NCBI GenBank assembly: GCA_023489275.1
Contig: JAMDDD010000006.1
Location: 29,504-93,503, forward strand
Origin: Actinomycetota bacterium
GTDB lineage: Bacteria; Actinomycetota; Thermoleophilia; BMS3ABIN01
Length of the DNA stretch: 64,000 nt
Reading direction: 5' to 3'
The notes beneath the pieces are model-generated. The model made no database searches. It saw only the letters and a program-made list of their open reading frames with translations, and was not told the DNA's origin. The position numbers and the translations under genes are program-made. Below are positions 44,775-52,674 of this stretch, piece after piece (position 1 is the first letter of the stretch; each line of letters opens with the position of its first letter).

Positions 44775-46175
44775 CTAACCGGTCCCCGTCCCCTGATCGG
44801 CGGAAGAGCCGGCGCTGCCACCGATACCCGAGCCGGTTGACGTATTTCCATAACCGGCATCAGAACCGCTGCTTTCCAGGCGATATCTGCTTTTCATTTC
44901 CAGAATCCGCACCACGGACTGATTGATGCTGTCCTCGCTGATCTTGCCTGACTTGACCGCGGCGATGATCGCCTTGTAAGCCTCATCGGCTTTCGCGGGC
45001 GTATGGGCGAACATCACAATGTCAGCGCCCGCGGAAACCGCCGCAACCGCGGCGTCTCCGGGGCTCCGGGTGATGGCGCCCATCTCCAGATCGTCAGTGA
45101 TGACCACGCCCTGGAATCCCATTTGATTTCGCAATAGATCAGTGATGATCGGCCGCGACAGTGAAGCCGGGGTCTTGGTGGGGTCAAGCGCCGGTACGAT
45201 CACGTGCGTTACCATGATCATCGGGGCCCCGTCCTTGATCGCTTCCTTAAACGGGGGCAGATCGGTGTTGTCCAGGGTTGATTTGCTTGATGAAACCGTG
45301 GCGGAACCGCTTTCCGGGTCACCGTCGGCAAAGCCCAGGCCCGGAAAATGCTTGACACAGGAAATGGTTGTCGCGTCATTAAAGCCCGTGACGGCGGCGC
45401 CCGTCAGCAGCGACGTCACTTCGGGGTCGTTACCGTAACTGCGCGTGTCCATCAGCGTTCCCCAGCCGGCGCTGACATCCGCCACCGGCGCCAGATCGGT
45501 ATTAATGCCGATCTGCCTCAGCTGCCGCGCCGCCAGGAAGGACATCTCCCGGGCGGCGTCCTGGCCGGCTCCGCCTCTCATCTCACCGATGAACGGCTCT
45601 GAATAATTGGGGCCAATATCCATGAAACGGCGGGTCTTGCCGCCTTCCTGATCGGTGGCAATCATGAGCTTGGCCGGAGCGCCCGCCTGGGCCGCCAGTT
45701 GCTGAAATGAAGCGTCCAGCTGGGCCACTTGCGTCTGGGAATCAATGTTGGCGGTTCCGATAATAATTCCGCCGATATGATCATCCTTGATCAGGCCCGA
45801 CAGGCTGTCGGTTGTCTTGCCGTCAAAGCCGGCCATTATCATCTGGCCCACCTTTTGCTCCAGGGGCATCGAGGCGACAATCTGCTCGACTGAGGAGGGA
45901 ACTTTGGTATTTACACTCGTCTTTGCGTGCACTGCCGCGTCGGTCGAACTTGCCGCTTTTGCCGAGCTGCTGCCCCGCAACTTTATCGCCAGCACCGATC
46001 CCGCCGCTACCGCAATCAAAAGGATGACCGCGATTAATATGGCAAACCAGCTTCGATACCAGCTTTTTCGGTTCAACTTATGGGGGGATTGATTCTTCTT
46101 GCTGCGCCTGATGTCACGCCCGCCACCGTATCTCCGGGCGGCCCCGGAGACTCCGCCTCTGTCTTTTTTTCTCAC
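44775..46175 (-). CDS. Membrane-anchored glycoside hydrolase family 3 (NagZ-like beta-N-acetylhexosaminidase)
   Basis: 466-aa ORF (GTG start) with an N-terminal TM. GH3 N-domain motifs: MIMAGFDG, TDQEGG, KHFPGLG, VVITDDLEMGA. Gly/Ser-rich C-terminal tail. Confidence 0.85.
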   Translation of the reverse strand: MRKKDRGGVSGAARRYGGGRDIRRSKKNQSPHKLNRKSWYRSWFAILIAVILLIAVAAGSVLAIKLRGSSSAKAASSTDAAVHAKTSVNTKVPSSVEQIVASMPLEQKVGQMIMAGFDGKTTDSLSGLIKDDHIGGIIIGTANIDSQTQVAQLDASFQQLAAQAGAPAKLMIATDQEGGKTRRFMDIGPNYSEPFIGEMRGGAGQDAAREMSFLAARQLRQIGINTDLAPVADVSAGWGTLMDTRSYGNDPEVTSLLTGAAVTGFNDATTISCVKHFPGLGFADGDPESGSATVSSSKSTLDNTDLPPFKEAIKDGAPMIMVTHVIVPALDPTKTPASLSRPIITDLLRNQMGFQGVVITDDLEMGAITRSPGDAAVAAVSAGADIVMFAHTPAKADEAYKAIIAAVKSGKISEDSINQSVVRILEMKSRYRLESSGSDAGYGNTSTGSGIGGSAGSSADQGTGTG

Positions 46176-46320
46176 GTACCTCTCCTAATTTTTTCCCGGC
46201 GGGCGCCTGCGCCCCACTTTTATCCCCGGCCCTGGGGGGATGCAAACCTAAAAGGTGATCCACCAAATCAATGATTCTATTGCAAAATCAGGCAATCGTA
46301 AAGAGGGAAAAAAGCTGAAA

Positions 46321-46345
46321 AATGCCAAAAGCTCCCGAAGGAGCC
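46321..46345 (-). terminator. Rho-independent terminator after RNase P RNA
   Basis: The minus strand reads GGCTCCttcgGGAGC followed by TTTTGGCATTTTT. Confidence 0.55.
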
Positions 46346-46348
46346 TTT

Positions 46349-46765
<417 letters not shown>

Positions 46766-46954
46766 GTCAAAATTAGCCTCCGCCCAAAAAGGGAGCCGAA
46801 AAAAATGACGGGGCGGCCGCTCGGCCTGCATCTATATTTTACCAGCCCAAGCGAGAGGATTAAACATCGGGTTTCAGCGGCGTTGGCACCGGCGGCGCCA
46901 GACCGGCGCCGGTCGCCTCCATGGCCGCATCAGGCGGCGCTGGCTGCTGCGGCG

Positions 46955-47845
46955 CTAGACATCCGGAGCCGGCAAGTCCACCCGGTCGGGATGCTTGAAC
47001 CGGCCGTCCCGCCACTCCCGCCACATAACGTTGATCTCGGCGCCGATCAGGAAGGTCATGGCGCTGATCCACATCCAGGTGAGCAGCACGATCACCGAGC
47101 CGAGGCTGCCATAGACGTTCTGGTAGGAGCTGTAGTTGTTGACATAGTAGCCGAATCCTAGCGTAGCGACCAGCCACGAACCGGTGGCGAACAGCGTCCC
47201 CGGACTGACCAGCCCGAACCGGAGCCGGCCGCTGGGCGCGTAGCGGTAGGTGCTTTCGATGCCCACCAGCGCCAGGATGAGGATCGCCGGCCAGCGCAGC
47301 CGGTCCAGCCATACCCCGGCGACCTGGTTGAACCCCTGGTCGTCGGAGAGGGCTTTGATGATCAGCGGCGCCACCAGCGCCAGCGCCAGCGCCGCGATGA
47401 TGAAGAAGGCGGCAACGACGCTGAGGATGAGCGCCTGCAGGCGCACTCGCAGCCAGCGACGGCGCTCCTCGAAACCGAAGATGCGGTTGAGCGAGCTGAT
47501 CAGGCCGGCGTAGCCGTTGTTCATGACGTAGAGGGCGCCCAGTAGCGAGAGCAGCAGCGTCGGCACCGTCTCCGCACCCTGCCTGAGCGTGCGCCGCATG
47601 ACACGCGTCAGCAGGCTGAGCACATCGGACGGCACCAGGCCGGAGAGCTGCCGCGTAATCTCGTCGACAATGTCGCCCACCGGCAGCAGCGCCAGCACGG
47701 TGGCGATGAGGATCAGTACGATCGGCAGCGCCAGAAAGAAATTGTAGGCGATCATGCCAGCCAGGCCGGTGCAGCCGTCACGGCGGGCGCGCTGGATCAG
47801 CTTCCAGATAGTTTTCATGCCAGATGTATTCCCGCTGGCGGCCAA
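46955..47845 (-). CDS. YihY/BrkB-family inner membrane protein
   Basis: 296-aa ORF with about 6 TM. N-terminal ...GLAGMIAYNFFLALPIVLIL... and C-terminal ...VIVLLTWMWISAMTFLIGAEIN... are typical of YihY. Confidence 0.8.
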   Translation of the reverse strand: MAASGNTSGMKTIWKLIQRARRDGCTGLAGMIAYNFFLALPIVLILIATVLALLPVGDIVDEITRQLSGLVPSDVLSLLTRVMRRTLRQGAETVPTLLLSLLGALYVMNNGYAGLISSLNRIFGFEERRRWLRVRLQALILSVVAAFFIIAALALALVAPLIIKALSDDQGFNQVAGVWLDRLRWPAILILALVGIESTYRYAPSGRLRFGLVSPGTLFATGSWLVATLGFGYYVNNYSSYQNVYGSLGSVIVLLTWMWISAMTFLIGAEINVMWREWRDGRFKHPDRVDLPAPDV

Positions 47846-48007
47846 AACATCCTTGCGTGGATTTCAGGGAAATTCCCGAGCGCCGACCTGAAACCTCCAG
47901 GCAGCCGCCGGCGACGAAAGTGGCAAGCAGGCACAGGCAAGCCCGAAAGGGTTCGAAACGTGCCGGGGAACAGGAGGCCAAAAATGTTAAGGAGCGGCGG
48001 CGGCTTC

Positions 48008-48036
48008 TTGCCCGGTGAGGCCGCTTTCCCTATAAT
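48008..48036 (+). promoter_or_regulatory. Sigma-70-type promoter for tRNA-Leu
   Basis: TTGCCC, then 17 nt, then TATAAT. The -10 element ends 33 nt upstream of the tRNA 5' end. Confidence 0.5.
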
Positions 48037-48069
48037 CCAGTCTCGGACCGAAAGCCCACCCCACCCCAC

Positions 48070-48158
48070 GTCGGAGTGGCGGAATTTGGTAGACGCGCTA
48101 GGTTGAGGGCCTAGTGAGCGATAAGCTCATGGGGGGTTCAAGTCCCCCTCCGACACCA
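48070..48158 (+). tRNA. tRNA-Leu (anticodon GAG), class II with long variable arm, CCA encoded
   Basis: Hand fold: acceptor GTCGGAG/CTCCGAC, U8, D-arm GCG-GAATTTGGTAGA-CGC, anticodon arm CTAGG-TTGAGGG-CCTAG, variable arm GAGC-GATAA-GCTC, T-loop TTCAAGT, A73, CCA. The C-run between the T-loop and the acceptor is one nt shorter than canonical in my fold; verify with tRNAscan-SE. Confidence 0.85.
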
Positions 48159-48413
48159 CTTCGATTGCCCCGCAATTAGCTGCTTATATCGTCGGCAATC
48201 ATGAACCTCTAGGCCGCCGTGAGTCCTCGAAGCAACAGCTTCGAAACGTCTTGTCTGTTCGCTGGCATGTTCAACGGTAATGCCGGTCACCCGCCCATCC
48301 GGGTCCAGATCGATCAAAGTATTTTCATCCAGATCACGGGTTTCGGTTTCACGCTGCGGCTTTCGAAACTCGATATACAGAGTATCCGTGTCAGCAAAGT
48401 ATTCCACCTTCAT
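48138..48413 (-). CDS. DUF2283-like small protein (putative antitoxin); C-terminal tail runs into the tRNA gene
   Basis: MKVEYFADTDTLYIEFRKPQRETETRDLDENTLIDLDPDGRVTGITVEHAS matches my memory of DUF2283. 4-nt overlap with the upstream DUF4258-like gene. The last ~35 aa look like read-through. Confidence 0.55.
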   Translation of the reverse strand: MKVEYFADTDTLYIEFRKPQRETETRDLDENTLIDLDPDGRVTGITVEHASEQTRRFEAVASRTHGGLEVHDCRRYKQLIAGQSKWCRRGT

Positions 48414-48643
48414 GGCTTAAACCTCCGGTCAAGGAAAGCGTTCTGTACCGTTTCTCCGTCTTCAAGAGGTATAATCCGCAGATATCGTTTCTGGCCAGGG
48501 ATTTTCCCCCACAGCTTGAGACGCCCATCCCGTTGTATTTCCGCGCAGACGGGGTTCTCTATGACAGATACAATCCAATCGTCGGTAATCATTTTGCGGT
48601 CAGGCTCTCGCCGCCGTCTGTCAAAATAGACAGTTGTCTTCAT
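48410..48643 (-). CDS. DUF4258-like small protein (putative toxin)
   Basis: 77-aa ORF with ...ITDDWIVSVIENP...RYLRIIPLEDGETVQNAFLDR.... It is paired with a DUF2283-like gene, a recurrent predicted TA pair. Family assignment is from memory. Confidence 0.5.
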   Translation of the reverse strand: MKTTVYFDRRRREPDRKMITDDWIVSVIENPVCAEIQRDGRLKLWGKIPGQKRYLRIIPLEDGETVQNAFLDRRFKP

Positions 48644-48652
48644 TTCTGATCT

Positions 48653-48756
48653 TCTTGCTCATCCTCCACCTCCGGGAGTCGCCGGCGTGGGAGAAATGAC
48701 GAGGTGGGGAACCTCGTGAGTGAATATATCAGATGAGGCGGACGGAAAACCAATCA
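48653..48756 (-). repeat. Copy 1 of ~105-nt direct repeat (structured 5' leader with RBS and ATGAGCAAG start)
   Basis: About 90 percent identical to 49567-49675. Shared core: ctccacctccgggagtcgccggcgtgggagaaatgacgaggYggggaacctcgtgagtgaatatatcaRatg..gcggacggaaa. Confidence 0.85.
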
Positions 48757-48793
48757 AGCTTTTAATACTTCCGACCCAGCTACCCAAGGTGTG

Positions 48794-49156
48794 TTAACCA
48801 ACCGCCCGCTTACGAGCAGTATTTGTCCGGCGCGTTCCGCGCCGGGAAGCTGGCACTAGTTTAATTTCTACCTCGCACCCGACAGCTTGCGCATACTTCT
48901 TAAGAGTAGTCACGGATGGGGAAAGTTTTCCGGCGGCCTCCAATCTCGATACCGCGCTTTTAGTTGTTCCCATCCTCTCCGCAACCGCTTCTTGAGTCAG
49001 GCCCGCTTCCGACCGGGCACGGAGAAGTTCGCTGACAAGGGAATATTTGTCCGCCAGCTCATCGTGCGCCTCTTTGAAACCAGCACGCTTTTGAGCCTTC
49101 CTGAGAAATTTCTCATGGTCATGACGCGCGGGGCGATATTTGAGATCGTCAGCCAT
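48794..49156 (-). CDS. higA: XRE-family HTH antitoxin (HigA-like)
   Basis: 120-aa ORF with HTH LTQEAVAERMGTTKSAVSRLE. 8-nt overlap with the upstream toxin gene. Confidence 0.75.
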   Translation of the reverse strand: MADDLKYRPARHDHEKFLRKAQKRAGFKEAHDELADKYSLVSELLRARSEAGLTQEAVAERMGTTKSAVSRLEAAGKLSPSVTTLKKYAQAVGCEVEIKLVPASRRGTRRTNTARKRAVG

Positions 49157-49475
49157 TTAGAACCTCTTTCATTCTTTTCCTGGCAAGCCTTAAATCACGC
49201 TCGGAAGTCTTCCGGGTTTTCTTGATAAAGGCGTGCAGAATAACAACACGCTTGCCCACGACAAAGCAGTACATCGCCCGCCCGATGCCCTCACGTCCGC
49301 TTGCTCGCAGCTCGAAGAGTCCCTTTCCCATCGCCTTCGAGTGGGGCATTTTAAGATCGGGGCCAAACTCCATCAGCAGCTCTGCCAAACGCGCGTAATC
49401 GGCCAGGATACCAACCGGCCAGCTTTCGATCTCGGCTTCCACGCGATGGTGAAAGTATACGATTTCGAAGTGCAT
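49149..49475 (-). CDS. higB: Gp49/HigB-like (RelE superfamily) toxin
   Basis: 108-aa ORF with ...PHSKAMGKGLFELRASGREGIGRAMYCFVVGKRVVILHAFIKKTRKT..., typical of phage Gp49-like/HigB toxins. Toxin-first gene order as in higBA. Confidence 0.75.
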   Translation of the reverse strand: MHFEIVYFHHRVEAEIESWPVGILADYARLAELLMEFGPDLKMPHSKAMGKGLFELRASGREGIGRAMYCFVVGKRVVILHAFIKKTRKTSERDLRLARKRMKEVLNG

Positions 49476-49480
49476 GGCTA

Positions 49481-49500
49481 TGTTAGCATATATGCTAACA
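49481..49500. promoter_or_regulatory. Perfect 20-bp palindrome, putative higBA operator
   Basis: TGTTAGCATATATGCTAACA lies 6 nt upstream of the higB-like ATG and contains TATAT -10-like sequence. Confidence 0.5.
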
Positions 49501-49566
49501 TATTTCCCATAGCTTCGAACGCTAACCGTTGCCCAGAATGATGATTACGTGCCTGGTAACTTTGTT

Positions 49567-49675
49567 GCTTGCTCATTATGCTCCACCTCCGGGAGTCGCC
49601 GGCGTGGGAGAAATGACGAGGCGGGGAACCTCGTGAGTGAATATATCAAATGCAGCGGACGGAAATCCTCAATCA
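49567..49675 (-). repeat. Copy 2 of ~105-nt direct repeat
   Basis: See copy 1. Here the conserved ATGAGCAAG opens a 32-codon sORF (MSKQQSYQARNHHSGQRLAFEAMGNMLAYMLT) that ends just before higB. Confidence 0.85.
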
Positions 49676-49815
49676 CCGGGCTATCAGCACGTCCTTTAAT
49701 CCGTCCTCCTCGCCGCATATAATCGATTTCGATTGCATAAAAGGACAGCGGTTGGCGATCCGACGCAGATTGAACAATCATCGCTTTCCCAAGATTGAGG
49801 AACGGAAAGGAACAA

Positions 49816-50331
49816 ATGCCCGGCAAGAAGATGTCAACAGACCAAGAATCATTTCTGAGCAATATTGAGCCGAGACCCTTTAAGCTGGAAGGAATCACCG
49901 ACATCGCCCCAGTCGGCCCCGCCATCGGCCCCGGCTCCGGCGGCCTCAGTCTATGAGGCATGGGAGTCCGCCCGCCGCGACATCTACGATGAATGGATGT
50001 TTTCCACCGACCCGGCCAACATCCAGCCGAGCATCCGGCCGCTATTCCTTCGCGCGGCGGATCATTTGCGCCAGCACCCGCCAGCAGGTTCAACTCAGGC
50101 TGAGATCGACGAGGCTGTCGAGGCCCTGGAGGCGCCTGGGGTCGCAGGCACGAAAAGGCTATCCGGGAAGTGATGGATCAGGAGGGCTCGGAGTCCCAGG
50201 AAATATCAGTGGAGCTGTTAGAAAAAGGGCAGGAGCTGGGCCTCCAGCCTTTTGTTCAACCCGAACCGCTGCCGGTCATTGATGAGGAAGAGATTCATTT
50301 GATATGTTGGATGGCTATTGATGTTAAATAA
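49816..50331 (+). pseudogene. Frameshifted remnant of the C-terminal region of a larger (possibly helicase/defence-associated) gene
   Basis: Three consecutive plus-strand frames give protein-like text: ...FKLEGITDIAPVGP...; VYEAWESARRDIYDEWMFSTDPANIQPSIRPLFLRAADHL...STQAEIDEAVEALE; WGRRHEKAIREVMDQEG...PLPVIDEEEIHLICWMAIDVK*. No intact start or N-terminal domains. Identity not established. Confidence 0.25.
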
Positions 50332-50544
50332 AAGGTTACTTTCATGGGATACCGCTTTTGTGTTATTGATGGCTCCATCCTCTCAAATGATGAAGCCTCC
50401 AGAAAAAGCGGGACGATTCACTGAAGCTTGTTGGTTTTGCCAGGCCAAAATCTAGCAGGGGCCTTGCTTCCGCTCAACGAATAAATGACGTGGACGTAAA
50501 GGGCCGGCCGGAAGTAACCCTGTTTCCAGAAGCTGAGGAGAATC

Positions 50545-51459
50545 TTGCCGCGGACCAACCACGCCATCGCTTGCCGCGAACTGACCAAGTTTTACGGCCG
50601 CCAGCGGGGCATCGAAAACCTCAACCTCGCCGTAAGGAAGGGTGAGATCTTCGGCTTTCTCGGCCCCAACGGCGCCGGGAAGACCACCACCATCCGCCTG
50701 CTGATGGGAATGTTGAAGCCGACCGCGGGCGATGCGTCGATCATGGGAATGGATAGCTGGCGCGACTCCGTGAACATCAAGCTAAAAGTGGGAAACATAC
50801 CCGGCGATGTCAGCCTGTATGAGCAGATGCGGGTTCACGATCTGCTGGACTACGTTGACCGGTTCCGCCCCGGACCCGACCGTCTGCGCGACGAGCTTTC
50901 CCACAGGCTGGACCTGGATATGAAGAAGAAGGTGAAGTCCTTGTCCCGGGGCAACCGCCAGAAAGTCGCCATCCTGATAGCGCTCATGCACGACCCGGAA
51001 ATTCTGATCCTGGACGAGCCCACCCTGGGCCTCGATCCCCTCATGCAGCAGGAATTCTATGCCATCCTGGCCGAATTCAAGGAACGCGGCCGGTCCATCT
51101 TCCTCTCGTCGCACATTCTCTCCGAGGTGGAACGCAGCTGCGACCGGGTGGGCATCGTCAAGCAGGGCCGGCTGGTGGATGTGCGCGCTATCGAGGACTT
51201 GAGAAAGAACAAGATCCGTCACATGGACGTGGCTTTCCGGGAACCTGTGGCAACCGCGGAGTTCGAAAGCCTGCCGGCTGTGCTCTCGGTGGAGCGGCTG
51301 AACCGGCACCTGCGCATCACTATCCGGGGCGAGGTGGATCCCCTGATCAAACAGATCGCTCGCCACGAGGTCCTCGACCTGACGTTCACCCAGCCGAGCC
51401 TGGAGGATTTCTTCCTCAGCTTTTACGGACCGGAGCCGTCCAACAGCGGGGAAAGATGA
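50545..51459 (+). CDS. ABC transporter ATP-binding protein (ABC-2 exporter type)
   Basis: 304-aa ORF (TTG start) with Walker A GPNGAGKTT, signature LSRGNRQK and Walker B ILILDEP. Confidence 0.9.
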   Translation: MPRTNHAIACRELTKFYGRQRGIENLNLAVRKGEIFGFLGPNGAGKTTTIRLLMGMLKPTAGDASIMGMDSWRDSVNIKLKVGNIPGDVSLYEQMRVHDLLDYVDRFRPGPDRLRDELSHRLDLDMKKKVKSLSRGNRQKVAILIALMHDPEILILDEPTLGLDPLMQQEFYAILAEFKERGRSIFLSSHILSEVERSCDRVGIVKQGRLVDVRAIEDLRKNKIRHMDVAFREPVATAEFESLPAVLSVERLNRHLRITIRGEVDPLIKQIARHEVLDLTFTQPSLEDFFLSFYGPEPSNSGER

Positions 51460-52256
51460 TGAACCTGAACCTATTCCGGCGCAGCTTTGCTGATAAAAGA
51501 ACCTCACTGGCTTTTTATGCCGCCGGCGTCATCCTCTACAGCATCTTCATCCTGTTGATCTGGCCCTCCATCAGAAACAGCGCCCTTTCCCAGATCTGGA
51601 ACAGCTATCCCGAGAACCTGAAGAAGGCCTTTGGCGCCAGTATCAACTATGCCAGCTTTGACGGCTTTCTGACACTCGAATATCTCTCCAACATCTGGGT
51701 CATCGTCATGGCGGTCTTTTCCATCGGCACCGGAGCCGCATCCCTGGCCGGAGAGATAGAAAAGGGCACCATGGAGGTGCTCCTGGCGCAGCCCATCTCC
51801 CGAAGAGCGGTTGTTGTCAGCCGTTTTCTTTACTACGCGGCGGCCCTGCTGATGCTGATTGCCGCCACGCTTGTCCCCATCGCCGCCGGCTCACCGATCG
51901 TCAGCGGCAATATCAGCTATCCTGGCCTCCTGGCCGTCGGCCTGCTGGCCTTCCTCTTCTTCGCCGCCATCGGCTCTTATACGTTTATGTTCTCCGCCAT
52001 GTTCAACAGCCGTGGCATGGCCGTATCTGTGGCGGCGGGAGTGATCATCTTCTCTTATGCTCTGAACCTGCTGGCCAAGTTCAATGACACCGTGAACAGG
52101 TTCAATTTCCTGTCCCTGTTCAACTACTTCGATCCCTACCGTTTTCTGCACGGCGCCTCCATCGCTTGGGGTGACCTGGCGGTGCTTGCGGGGATAATCG
52201 CGGCCTGCCTGGCAGCAGCGGTAATCTGGTTTGAAAGACGCGACATCGCCGTGTAA
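51456..52256 (+). CDS. ABC-2-type transporter permease
   Basis: 266-aa ORF with about 6 TM, translationally coupled (ATGA overlap) to the ATPase gene. Confidence 0.75.
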   Translation: MMNLNLFRRSFADKRTSLAFYAAGVILYSIFILLIWPSIRNSALSQIWNSYPENLKKAFGASINYASFDGFLTLEYLSNIWVIVMAVFSIGTGAASLAGEIEKGTMEVLLAQPISRRAVVVSRFLYYAAALLMLIAATLVPIAAGSPIVSGNISYPGLLAVGLLAFLFFAAIGSYTFMFSAMFNSRGMAVSVAAGVIIFSYALNLLAKFNDTVNRFNFLSLFNYFDPYRFLHGASIAWGDLAVLAGIIAACLAAAVIWFERRDIAV

Positions 52257-52266
52257 AAACCAGCTG

Positions 52267-52560
52267 TTATTGCCCCAGCACCTCGTTAAAGTAGCCGTTC
52301 CAAAGGACGCGCTGCGAGGCCATGACGCTGCCGCCGGTTGAGGTTACCTCCACAGGGCCGTTCTGCTGCCCGGGGAAGGTAGGCGTGATGTTTCCTCCCG
52401 CGGGGATGGGGACGCCGCTATCGTCCTTGACCTTAACCCCGGCGATATCGATCCCGTAGTACATCGGGCTCGCTGACGGGTTGGCGATCATCACCCAGTC
52501 CAGATTACCTGCGGTCTGGTCGTACCAGGCGTCAACCGTTATCGTCGAAAGGCGACGCAC
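52267..52560 (-). CDS. Hypothetical beta-rich 97-aa protein
   Basis: GTG-start ORF with plausible composition (…VDAWYDQTAGNLDWVMIANP…GPVEVTSTGGSVMASQRVLWNGYFNEVLG). No signal peptide and no recognised family. Confidence 0.35.
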   Translation of the reverse strand: MRRLSTITVDAWYDQTAGNLDWVMIANPSASPMYYGIDIAGVKVKDDSGVPIPAGGNITPTFPGQQNGPVEVTSTGGSVMASQRVLWNGYFNEVLGQ

Positions 52561-52621
52561 CTGAGGCAGGGCGCAGGACTTTGGATATTTGACATTTGAT
52601 TACATAGACTGTTCTTTGCTA

Positions 52622-52656
52622 TTTCCAAATCCAGTATCCGGGATCCATTATCCGCT
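52622..52656. repeat. 7-nt periodic tract T12
   Basis: TTTCCAA|ATCCAGT|ATCCGGG|ATCCATT|ATCCGCT, in the divergent spacer upstream of the MFS gene. Confidence 0.8.
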
Positions 52657-52674
52657 TGTGAGGGCTTCTTTTAA

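Noticed and set aside
48653-49675. Integron-like cassette array, with the two ~105-nt repeats acting as attC sites flanking a TA cassette.
   Set aside because: No intI gene. No R''/L''-L'/R' symmetric architecture or GTTRRRY core. The repeats are direct copies of a promoter/RBS-containing leader rather than imperfect palindromes.
49545-50093. 182-aa minus-strand ORF next to the TA modules.
   Set aside because: Pro/Arg/Gly-rich nonsense-like text. It runs through direct-repeat copy 2 and lies antisense to the more protein-like plus-strand fragments.
48159-50544. A direct repeat of the tRNA-Leu 3' end (att site) marking the far end of the islet. The best candidate is CTTCCGACCCAGC at 48768-48780.
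   Set aside because: Only about 9 of 13 matches, and it lies between the two TA cassettes rather than at the islet boundary. This is not convincing without a computational search.
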